Shown: positions 1-11,578, counted from the first letter of the stretch. The stretch: DNA of 64,000 bases from Utricularia gibba (GCA_002189035.1 NEEC01000012.1:3341669-3405668), one strand, 5' to 3'. Made by a program: numbers and translations. The notes: generated from the letters alone by a model not told the origin.

Positions 1-47
1 ATACCGTTTCGAACCCCTTTCCGTGCCGGTCAGCTTCCGTGTTGAAA

Positions 48-67
48 GCATCTTCGTCCGAGGATGC
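48..67. other. Near-perfect 20-bp dyad (hairpin/cruciform-capable) present once per monomer
   Basis: GCATCTTCG-TC-CGAGGATGC gives 8 Watson-Crick pairs plus 1 G-T pair around a 2-nt centre. One pair is lost in the GCTTCTTCG variant. Confidence 0.8.
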
Positions 68-3000
68 ATCAGAGCTCGAATTATCGCCTTATATTAGCCT
101 TCAGATGTGCCACAAATTGGCCACCACGTTCGCGACGATGCGACTCGGAACACGAGAATCGACGCGATTGTGATTTTCGCCTTGCAAAACATCTGTTTTA
201 TTGGTGACGTGAAGTATGGGTTTTCGAGGCGATCTCTGAACAAGCTCTGGGTGTGTCCCTACCGCAGCCTCATGGTGGCCTCGCACACCGTTCGGTATTT
301 CGATATCCTGAAAAAGTGATGAGTCACGCTGCGCCGGCATACCGTTTCGAACCCCTTTCCGTGCCGGTCAGCTTCCGTGTTGAAAGCATCTTCGTCCGAG
401 GATGCATCAGAGCTCGAATTATCGCCTTATATTAGCCTTCAGATGTGCCACAAATTGGCCACCACGTTCGCGACGATGCGACTCGGAACACGAGAATCGA
501 CGCGATTGTGATTTTCGGCCTTGCAAAATCTGCGTTTTATTGGATGACGTGAAGTATGGGTTTTCGAGGCGATCTCTGAACAAGCTCTGGGTGTGTCCCT
601 ACCCGCAGCCTCATGGTGGCCTCGCACACCGTTCGGCATTTCGTCGATATCTGAAAACCGTGATGAGTCACGCTGCGCCGGGCACCGTTTCGAACCCCTT
701 TCCGTGCCGGTCAGCTTCCGTGTTGAAAGCATCTTCGTCCGAGGATGCATCAGAGCTCGAATTATCGCCTATATTAGCCTTCAGATGTGCCACAAATTGG
801 CCACCACGTTCGCGACGATGCGACTCGGAACACGAGAATCGACGCGATTGTGATTTTCGCCTTGCAAAACATCTGCGTTTTATTGGGTGACGTGAAGTAT
901 GGGTTTTCGAGCGATCTCTGAACAAGCTCTGGGTGTGTCCTACCCGCAGCCTCATGGTGGCCTCGCACACCGTTCGGCATTCGTCGATATCTTGAAAGAT
1001 GAGTCACGCTGCGCCCGGCATACCGTTTCGAACCCCTTTCCGTGCCGGTCAGCTTCCGTGTTGAAAGCATCTTCGTCCGAGGATGCATCAGAGCTCGAAT
1101 TATCGCCTTATATTAGCCTTCAGATGTGCCACAAATTGGCCACCACGTTCGCGACGATGCGTTTCGGAACACGAGAATCGACGCGATTGTGATTTTCGGC
1201 TTGCAAAAGATCTGCGTTTTATTGGATGACGTGAAGTATGGGTTTTCGAGCGATCTCTGAACAAGCTCTGGGTGTGTCCCTACCCGCAGCCTCATGGTGG
1301 CCTCGCACACCGTTCGGTATTTCGGCGATATCCTGAAAATGATGAGTCACGCTGCGCCGGCATACCGTTTCGAACCCCTTTCCGTGCCGGTCAGCTTCCG
1401 TGTTGAAAGCATCTTCGTCCGAGGATGCATCAGAGCTCGAATTATCGCCTTATATTAGCCTTCAGATGTGCCACAAATTGGCCACCACGTTCGCGACGAT
1501 GCGACTCGGAACACGAGAATCGACGCGATTGTGATTTTCGCCTTGCAAAACATCTGTGTTTTATTGGGTGACGTGAAGTATGGGTTTTCGAGGCGATCTC
1601 TGAACAAGCTCTAGGTGTGTTCCTACCCGCAGCCTCATGGTGGCCTCGCACACCGTTCGGCTCGTCGATATTTGAAATCAAGATGAGTCACGCTGCGCCC
1701 GGCATACCGTTTCGAACCCTTTCCGTGCCGGTCAGCTTCCGTGTTGAAAGCATCTTCGTCCGAGGATGCATCAGAGCTCGAATTATCGCCTTATATTAGC
1801 CTTCAGATGTGCCACAAATTGGCCACCACGTTCGCGACGATGCGACTCGGAACACGAGAATCGACGCGATTGTGATTTTCGCTTGCAAAACATCTGCGTT
1901 TTATTGGGTGACGTGAAGTATGGGTTTTCGAGGCGATCTCTGAACAAGCTCTGGTGTGTCCTACCCGCAGCCTCATGGTGGCCTCGCACACCGTTCGGCA
2001 TTTCGTCGATATCTTGAAATCAAGATGAGTCACGCTGCGCCCGGCATACCGTTTCGAACCCCTTTCCGTGCCGGTCAGCTTCCGTGTTGAAAGCATCTTC
2101 GTCCGAGGATGCATCAGAGCTCGAATTATCGCCTTATATTAGCCTTCAGATGTGCCACAAATTGGCCACACGTTCGCGACGATGCGACTCGGAACACGAG
2201 AATCGACGCGATTGTGATTTTCGCCTTGCAAAACATCTGCGTTTTATTGGGTGACGTGAAGTATGGGTTTTCGAGGCGATCTCTGAACAAGCTCTGGTGT
2301 GTTCCTACCCGCAGCCTCATGGTGGCCTCGCACACCGTTCGGTATTCGGCGATATCCTGAAAACCGTGATGAGTCACGCTGCGCCGGCATACCGTTTCGA
2401 ACCCCTTTCCGTGCCGGTCAGCTTCCGTGTTGAAAGCATCTTCGTCCGAGGATGCATCAGAGCTCGAATTATCGCCTTATATTAGCCTTCAGATGTGCCA
2501 CAAATTGGCCACCACGTTCGCGACGATGAGTTTCGGAACACGAGAATCGACGCGATTGTGATTTTCGGCTTGCAAAAGATCTGCGTTTTATTGGATGACG
2601 TGAAGTATGGGTTTTCGAGCGATCTCTGAACAAGCTCTGGGTGTGTCCTACCCGCAGCCTCATGGTGGCCTCGCACACCGTTCGGTATTCGTCGATATCT
2701 TGAAGATCCGTGATGAGTCACGCTGCGCCCGGCATACCGTTTCGAACCCTTTCCGTGCCGGTCAGCTTCCGTGTTGAAAGCATCTTCGTCCGAGGATGCA
2801 TCAGAGCTCGAATTATCGCCTTATATTAGCCTTCAGATGTGCCACAAATGGCCACCACGTTCGCGACGATGAGTTCGGAACACGAGAATCGACGCGATTG
2901 TGATTTTCGCTTGCAAAATCTGCGTTTTATTGGATGACGTGAAGTATGGGTTTTCGATGCGATCTCTGAACAAGCTCTGGGTGTGTCCCTACCCGCAGCC

Positions 3001-5570
3001 TCATGGTGGCCTCGCACACCGTTCGGTATTTCGGCGATATCCTGAAAACCGTGATGAGTCACGCTGCGCCGGCATACCGTTTCGAACCCCTTTCCGTGCC
3101 GGTCAGCTTCCGTGTTGAAAGCATCTTCGTCCGAGGATGCATCAGAGCTCGAATTATCGCCTTATATTAGCCTTCAGATGTGCCACAAATTTGGCCACCA
3201 CGTTCGCGACGATGCGACTCGGAACACGAGAATCGACGCGATTGTGATTTTCGCCTTGCAAAACATCTGCGTTTTATTGGGTGATGTGAAGTATGGGTTT
3301 TCGAGGCGATCTCTGAACAAGCTCTGGTGTGTCCCTACCCGCAGCCTCATGGTGGCCTCGCACACCGTTCGGTATCTCGTCGATATCTTGAAATCAAGAT
3401 GAGTCACGCTGCGCCCGGCATACCGTTTCGAACCCTTTCCGTGCCGGTCAGCTTCCGTGTTGAAAGCATCTTCGTCCGAGGATGCATCAGAGCTCGAATT
3501 ATCGCCTTATATTAGCCTTCAGATGTGCCACAAATTGGCCACCACGTTCGCGACGATGCGACTCGGAACACGAGAATCGACGCGATTGTGATTTTCGCTT
3601 GCAAAACATCTGCGTTTTATTGGGTGACGTGAAGTATGGGTTTTCGAGGCGATCTCTGAACAAGCTCTGGTGTGTCCTACCCGCAGCCTCATGGTGGCCT
3701 CGCACACCGTTCGGTATTCGGCGATATCCTGAAATGATGAGTCACGCTGCGCCGCATACCGTTTCGAACCCTTTCCGTGCCGGTCAGCTTCCGTGTTGAA
3801 AGCATCTTCGTCCGAGGATGCATCAGAGCTCGAATTATCGCCTTATATTAGCCTTCAGATGTGCCACAAATTGGCCACCACGTTCGCGACGATGCGACTC
3901 GGAACACGAGAATCGACGCGATTGTGATTTTCGCCTTGCAAAACATCTGCGTTTTATTGGGTGACGTGAAGTATGGGTTTTCGAGGCGATCTCTGAACAA
4001 GCTCTGGTGTTCCCTACCCGCAGCCTCATGGTGGCCTCGCACACCGTTCGGCATCTCGTCGATATCCTGAAGATCAAGATGAGTCACGCTGCGCCCGGCA
4101 TACCGTTTCGAACCCCTTCCGTGCCGGTCAGCTTCCGTGTTGAAAGCATCTTCGTCCGAGGATGCATCAGAGCTCGAATTATCGCCTTATATTAGCCTTC
4201 AGATGTGCCACAAATTGGCCACCACGTTCGCGACGATGCGACTCGGAACACGAGAATCGACGCGATTGTGATTTTCGCCTTGCAAAACATCTGCGTTTTA
4301 TTGGGTGACGTGAAGTATGGGTTTTCGAGGCGATCTCTGAACAAGCTCTGGTGTGTCCTACCCGCAGCCTCATGGTGGCCTCGCACACCGTTCGGTATTC
4401 GGCGATATCCTGAAAACCGTGATGAGTCACGCTGCGCCGGCATACCGTTTCGAACCCCTTTCCGTGCCGGTCAGCTTCCGTGTTGAAAGCATCTTCGTCC
4501 GAGGATGCATCAGAGCTCGAATTATCGCCTTATATTAGCCTTCAGATGTGCCACAAATTGGCCACCACGTTCGCGACGATGCGACTCGGAACACGAGAAT
4601 CGACGCGATTGTGATTTTCGGCTTGCAAAAGATCTGCGTTTTATTGGGTGACGTGAAGTATGGGTTTTCGAGGCGATCTCTGAACAAGCTCTGGGTGTGT
4701 CCCTACCCGCAGCCTCATGGTGGCCTCGCACACCGTTCGGTATTTCGGCGATATCCTGAAAACCGTGATGAGTCACGCTGCGCTCGGCATACCGTTTCGA
4801 ACCCTTTCCCGTGCCGGTCAGCTTCCGTGTTGAAAGCATCTTCGTCCGAGGATGCATCAGAGCTCGAATTATCGCCTTATATTAGCCTTCAGATGTGCCA
4901 CAAATTGGCCACCACGTTCGCGACGATGCGACTCGGAACACGAGAATCGACGCGATTGTGATTTTCGCCTTGCAAAACATGCGTTTTTATTGGGTGACGT
5001 GAAGTATGGGTTTTCGAGGCGATCTCTGAACAAGCTCTGGTGTGTCCCTACCCGCAGCCTCATGGTGGCCTCGCACACCGTTCGGCATTTCGGCGATATC
5101 TTGAAGATGAGTCACGCTGCGCCCGGCATACCGTTTCGAACCCTTTCCGTGCCGGTCAGCTTCCGTGTTGAAAGCATCTTCGTCCGAGGATGCATCAAGC
5201 TCGAATTATCGCCTTATAGTAGCCTTCAGATGTGCCACAAATTGGCCACCACGTTCGCGACGATGCGACTCGGAACACGAGAATCGACGCGATTGTGATT
5301 TTCGCTTGCAAAACATCTGCGTTTTATTGGTGACGTGAAGTATGGGTTTTCGAGCGATCTCTGAACAAGCTCTGGGTGTGTCCCTACCCGCAGCCTCATG
5401 GTGGCCTCGCACACCGTTCGGTATTTCGGCGATATCCTGAAAACCGTGATGAGTCACGCTGCGCCGGCATACCGTTTCGAACCCCTTTCCGTGCCGGTCA
5501 GCTTCCGTGTTGAAAGCATCTTCGTCCGAGGATGCATCAGAGCTCGAATTATCGCCTTATATTAGCCTTC

Positions 5571-5814
5571 AGATGTGCCACAAATTGGCCACCACGTTCG
5601 CGACGATGAGTTTCGGAACACGAAATCGACGCGATTGTGATTTTCTCATGGTGGCCTCGCACCGTTCGGTTCGGCATATCCTGAAAACCGTGATGAGTCA
5701 CGCTGCGCCGGCATACCGTTTCGAACCCCTTTCCGTGCCGGTCAGCTTCCGTGTTGAAAGCTTCTTCGTCCGAGGATGCATCAGAGCTCGAATTATCGCC
5801 TTATATTAGCCTTC
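5571..5814. repeat. Truncated monomer (244 bp) with a ~95-bp internal deletion
   Basis: GATTTTC is joined directly to TCATGGTGG at 5645/5646, removing consensus ~179-273. Confidence 0.85.
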
Positions 5815-8800
5815 AGATGTGCCACAAATTGGCCACCACGTTCGCGACGATGCGACTCGGAACACGAGAATCGACGCGATTGTGATTTTCGCTTGCAAAA
5901 CATCTGCGTTTTATTGGGTGACGTGAAGTATGGGTTTTCGAGGCGATCTCTGAACAAGCTCTGGTGTGTTCCTACCCGCAGCCTCATGGTGGCCTCGCAC
6001 ACCGTTCGGTATTTCGGCCATATCCTGAAACCGTGATGAGTCACGCTGCGCCCGGCATACCGTTTCGAACCCTTTCCGTGCCGGTCAGCTTCCGTGTTGA
6101 AAGCTTCTTCGTCCGAGGATGCATCAGAGCTCGAATTATCGCCTTATCTTAGCCTTCAGATGTGCCACAAATTGGCCACCACGTTCGCGACGATGCGACT
6201 CGGAACACGAGAATCGACGCGATTGTGATTTTCGCCTTGCAAAACATCTGCGTTTTATTGGGTGACGTGAAGTATGGGTTTTCGAGGCGATCTCTGAACA
6301 AGCTCTGGGTGTGTTCCTACCCGCAGCCTCATGGTGGCCTCGCACACCGTTCGGTATTCGTCGATATCTGAAAACGATGAGTCACGCTGCCCGGCATACC
6401 GTTTCGAACCCCTTTCCGTGCCGGTCAGCTTCCGTGTTGAAAGCATCTTCGTCCGAGGATGCATCAGAGCTCGAATTATCGCCTTATATTAGCCTTCAGA
6501 TGTGCCACAAATTGGCCACCACGTTCGCGACGATGCGACTCGGAACACGAGAATCGACGCGATTGTGATTTTCGCCTTGCAAAACATCTGCGTTTTATTG
6601 GGTGACGTGAAGTATGGGTTTTCGAGGCGATCTCTGAACAAGCTCTGGGTGTGTCCCTACCCGCAGCCTCATGGTGGCCTCGCACACCGTTCGGTATTTT
6701 CGATATCTGAAATGATGAGTCACGCTGCGCCGGCATACCGTTTCGAACCCCTTTCCGTGCCGGTCAGCTTCCGTGTTGAAAGCTTCTTCGTCCGAGGATG
6801 CATCAGAGCTCGAATTATCGCCTTATATTAGCCTTCAGATGTGCCACAAATTGGCCACCACGTTCGCGACGATGCGACTCGGAACACGAGAATCGACGCG
6901 ATTGTGATTTTCGCCTTGCAAAACATCTGCGTTTTATTGGGTGACGTGAAGTATGGGTTTTCGAGGCGATCTCTGAACAAGCTCTGGTGTGTTCCTACCC
7001 GCAGCCTCATGGTGGCCTCGCACACCGTTCGGCATTCGTCGATATCTGAAAACGATGAGTCACGCTGCGCCGGCATACCGTTTCGAACCCTTTCCGTGCC
7101 GGTCAGCTTCCGTGTTGAAAGCATCTTCGTCCGAGGATGCATCAGAGCTCGAATTATCGCCTTATATTAGCCTTCAGATGTGCCACAAATTGGCCACCAC
7201 GTTCGCGACGATGCGACTCGGAACACGAGAATCGACGCGATTGTGATTTTCGCCTTGCAAAACATCTGCGTTTTATTGGTGACGTGAAGTATGGGTTTTC
7301 GAGGCGATCTCTGAACAAGCTCTGGGTGTGTTCCTACCGCAGCCTCATGGTGGCCTCGCACACCGTTCGGCATCCATATCTGAAATGATGAGTCACGCTG
7401 CGCCGGCATACCGTTTCGAACCCCTTTCCGTGCCGGTCAGCTTCCGTGTTGAAAGTTCGTCCGAGGATGCATCAGAGCTCGAATTATCGCCTTATATTAG
7501 CCTTCAGATGTGCCACAAATTGGCCACCACGTTCGCGACGATGCGACTCGGAACACGAGAATCGACGCGATTGTGATTTTCGGCTTGCAAAACATCTGCG
7601 TTTTATTGGATGACGTGAAGTATGGGTTTTCGAGGCGATCTCTGAACAAGCTCTGGGTGTGTCCCTACCCGCAGCCTCATGGTGGCCTCGCACACCGTTC
7701 GGTATTTCGGCGATATCCTGAAAACCGTGATGAGTCACGCTGCGCCGGCATACCGTTTCGAACCCCTTTCCGTGCCGGTCAGCTTCCGTGTTGAAAGCAT
7801 CTTCGTCCGAGGATGCATCAGAGCTCGAATTATCGCCTTATATTAGCCTTCAGATGTGCCACAAATTGGCCACCACGTTCGCGACGATGCGACTCGGAAC
7901 ACGAGAATCGACGCGATTGTGATTTTCGCTTGCAAAACATCTGCGTTTTATGGTGACGTGAAGTATGGGTTTTCGAGGCGATCTCTGAACAAGCTCTGGG
8001 TGTGTCCCTACCCGCAGCCTCATGGTGGCCTCGCACACCGTTCGGGTCGATATCCTGAAACCGTGATGAGTCACGCTGCGCCGGCATACCGTTTCGAACC
8101 CCTTTCCGTGCCGGTCAGCTTCCGTGTTGAAAGCATCTTCGTCCGAGGATGCATCAGAGCTCGAATTATCGCCTTATATTAGCCTTCAGATGTGCCACAA
8201 ATTGGCCACCACGTTCGCGACGATGCGACTCGGAACACGAGAATCGACGCGATTGTGATTTTCGGCTTGCAAAACATCTGCGTTTTATTGGATGACGTGA
8301 AGTATGGGTTTTCGAGGCGATCTCTGAACAAGCTCTGGGTGTGTCCTACCCGCAGCCTCATGGTGGCCTCGCACACCGTTCGGTATTTCGCGATATCCTG
8401 AAAAACCGTGATGAGTCACGCTGCGCCCCGGCATACCGTTTCGAACCCTTTCCGTGTCAGCTTCCGTGTTGAAAGCATCTTCGTCCGAGGATGCATCAGA
8501 GCTCGAATTATCGCCTTATATTAGCCTTCAGATGTGCCACAAATTGGCCACCACGTTCGCGACGATGCGACTCGGAACACGAGAATCGACGCGATTGTGA
8601 TTTTCGCCTTGCAAAACATCTGCGTTTTATTGGGTGACGTGAAGTATGGGTTTTCGAGGCGATCTCTGAACAAGCTCTGGGTGTGTCCCTACCCGCAGCC
8701 TCATGGTGGCCTCGCACACCGTTCGGTATTTCGCGATATCTGAAAAATCGTGATGAGTCACGCTGCGCCCGGCATACGTTTCGAACCCCTTTCCGTGCCG

Positions 8801-11144
8801 GTCAGCTTCCGTGTTGAAAGCATCTTCGTCCGAGGATGCATCAGAGCTCGAATTATCGCCTTATATTAGCCTTCAGATGTGCCACAAATTGGCCACCACG
8901 TTCGCGACGATGCGACTCGGAACACGAGAATCGACGCGATTGTGATTTTCGGCTTGCAAAACATCTGCGTTTTATTGGGTGACGTGAAGTATGGGTTTTC
9001 GAGGCGATCTCTGAACAAGCTCTGGGTGTGTCCTACCCGCAGCCTCATGGTGGCCTCGCACACCGTTCGGTATTTCGGCGATATCCTGAAAACCGTGATG
9101 AGTCACGCTGCGCCGGCATACCGTTTCGAACCCCTTTCCGTGCCGGTCAGCTTCCGTGTTGAAAGCATCTTCGTCCGAGGATGCATCAGAGCTCGAATTA
9201 TCGCCTTATATTAGCCTTCAGATGTGCCACAAATTGGCCACCACGTTCGCGACGATGATCGGAACACGAGAATCGACGCGATTGTGATTTTCGGCTTGCA
9301 AAACATCTGCGTTTTATTGGATGACGTGAAGTATGGGTTTTCGAGGCGATCTCTGAACAAGCTCTGGGTGTGTCCCTACCCGCAGCCTCATGGTGGCCTC
9401 GCACACCGTTCGGTATTTCGGCATATCCTGAAAACCGTGATGAGTCACGCTGCGCCGGCATACCGTTTCGAACCCCTTTCCGTGCCGGTCAGCTTCCGTG
9501 TTGAAAGCTTCTTCGTCCGAGGATGCATCAGAGCTCGAATTATCGCCTTATATTAGCCTTCAGATGTGCCACAAATTGGCCACCACGTTCGCGACGATGC
9601 GACTCGGAACACGAGAATCGACGCGATTGTGATTTTCGCCTTGCAAAACATCTGCGTTTTATTGGGTGACGTGAAGTATGGGTTTTCGAGGCGATCTCTG
9701 AACAAGCTCTGGTGTGTTCCTACCCGCAGCCTCATGGTGGCCTCGCACACCGTTCGGTATCCGATATCTGAAACGATGAGTCACGCTGCGCCGGCATACC
9801 GTTTCGAACCCCTTTCCGTGCCGGTCAGCTTCCGTGTTGAAAGCTTCTTCGTCCGAGGATGCATCAGAGCTCGAATTATCGCCTTATATTAGCCTTCAGA
9901 TGTGCCACAAATTGGCCACCACGTTCGCGACGATGCGACTCGGAACACGAGAATCGACGCGATTGTGATTTTCGGCTTGCAAAACATCTGCGTTTTATTG
10001 ATGACGTGAAGTATGGGTTTTCGAGGCGATCTCTGAACAAGCTCTGGTGTGTCCCTACCCGCAGCCTCATGGTGGCCTCGCACACCGTTCGGTATTTGCG
10101 ATATCCTGAAATGATGAGTCACGCTGCGCCCGGCATACCGTTTCGAACCCCTTTCCGTGCCGGTCAGCTTCCGTGTTGAAAGCATCTTCGTCCGAGGATG
10201 CATCAGAGCTCGAATTATCGCCTTATATTAGCCTTCAGATGTGCCACAAATTGGCCACCACGTTCGCGACGATGCGTTCGGAACACGAGAATCGACGCGA
10301 TTGTGATTTTCGGCTTGCAAAACATCTGCGTTTTATTGGTGACGTGAAGTATGGGTTTTCGAGGCGATCTCTGAACAAGCTCTGGGTGTGTCCCTACCGC
10401 AGCCTCATGGTGGCCTCGCACACCGTTCGGTATTTCGGCGATATCCTGAAAACCGTGATGAGTCACGCTGCCCGGCATACCGTTTCGAACCCCTTTCCGT
10501 GCCGGTCAGCTTCCGTGTTGAAAGCATCTTCGTCCGAGGATGCATCAGAGCTCGAATTATCGCCTTATATTAGCCTTCAGATGTGCCACAAATTGGCCAC
10601 CACGTTCGCGACGATGCGACTCGGAACACGAGAATCGACGCGATTGTGATTTTCGCTTGCAAAACATCTGCGTTTTATTGGATGACGTGAAGTATGGGTT
10701 TTCGAGGCGATCTCTGAACAAGCTCTGGGTGTGTCCCTACCCGCAGCCTCATGGTGGCCTCGCACACCGTTCGGTTCGCCGATATCTGAAATCGATGAGT
10801 CACGCTGCGCCCGGCATACCGTTTCGAACCCCTTTCCGTGTTTGAAAGCATCTTCGTCCGAGGATGCATCAGAGCTCGAATTATCGCCTTATATTAGCCT
10901 TCAGATGTGCCACAAATTGGCCACCACGTTCGCGACGATGCGACTCGGAACACGAGAATCGACGCGATTGTGATTTTCGGCTTGCAAAACATCTGCGTTT
11001 TATTGGTGACGTGAAGTATGGGTTTTCGAGGCGATCTCTGAACAAGCTCTGGGTGTGTCCCTACCCGCAGCCTCATGGTGGCCTCGCACACCGTTCGGTA
11101 TTTCGGCGATATCTGAAAACCGTGATGAGTCACGCTGCGCCGGC

Positions 11145-11490
11145 ATACCGTTTCGAACCCCTTTCCGTGCCGGTCAGCTTCCGTGTTGAAAGCATCTTCG
11201 TCCGAGGATGCATCAGAGCTCGAATTATCGCCTTATATTAGCCTTCAGATGTGCCACAAATTGGCCACCACGTTCGCGACGATGCGACTCGGAACACGAG
11301 AATCGACGCGATTGTGATTTTCGGCTTGCAAAACATCTGCGTTTTATTGGTGACGTGAAGTATGGGTTTTCGAGGCGATCTCTGAACAAGCTCTGGGTGT
11401 GTCCCTACCCGCAGCCTCATGGTGGCCTCGCACACCGTTCGGTATTTCGGCGATATCCTGAAAACCGTGATGAGTCACGCTGCGCCCGGC
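11145..11490 (+). repeat. Representative near-consensus monomer (346 bp, A-type tail)
   Basis: Runs from ATACCG at 11145 to the base before the next ATACCG at 11491. It differs from the 347-bp reconstruction by one missing base in TTGG(G)TGAC and carries the TTCGGCTTG allele. Confidence 0.93.
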
Positions 11491-11578
11491 ATACCGTTTC
11501 GAACCCCTTTCCGTGCCGGTCAGCTTCCGTGTTGAAAGCATCTTCGTCCGAGGATGCATCAGAGCTCGAATTATCGCC
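11449..11578 (+). ncRNA. Degenerate hammerhead-ribozyme-like arrangement spanning the monomer junction (unverified, probably inactive as written)
   Basis: GTGATGAG, then a long hairpin, GAAA, a 9-bp hairpin and ATC, with a distal 7-bp helix in stem-I register. Core position 3, the first stem-II pairs, the stem-III register and proximal stem I all deviate from canonical. See findings. Confidence 0.12.

Noticed and set aside
1-40. tRNA gene around the TTCGAA T-loop-like motif
   Set aside because: The flanks do not form a T-stem on either strand, and no D-arm, anticodon arm or acceptor stem can be built.
52-68. CENP-B box (NTTCGNNNNANNCGGGN)
   Set aside because: CTTCGTCCGAGGATGCA has TTCG and the A but lacks CGGG. 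None of the other TTCG or CGAA sites completes the motif on either strand.
91-101. Telomeric or degenerate telomeric motifs (TTAGCC, CTAGG)
   Set aside because: These are single isolated words per monomer with no tandem telomere-type run on either strand.
62-212. 5S rRNA resemblance (GGATGCATCAGAGCTCGAATTA versus plant 5S GGATCCCATCAGAACTCCGCAGTTAAG; TGGGTGAC versus the box C region)
   Set aside because: The two patches are ~135 nt apart here versus ~45 nt in 5S. No 120-nt colinear gene, 5S fold or matching terminator is present.
204-328. bZIP-type sites (TGAGTCA, TGACGTG, CCACGT) as regulatory elements
   Set aside because: These are short motifs expected by chance in a monomer of this size, with no gene or promoter context.
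290-330. CRISPR-like reading: long constant region alternating with a ~30-nt variable segment
   Set aside because: The variable segments are alleles or blends of two homologous tails, not unique spacers. The constant part is ~315 bp, and there are no cas genes or leader.
8-338. Apparent excess of 6-bp palindromes/restriction sites (TTCGAA, ATGCAT, GAGCTC, TGGCCA, TCGCGA, GATATC, GCCGGC)
   Set aside because: Seven are observed versus about five expected in 347 bp, which is not a meaningful excess.
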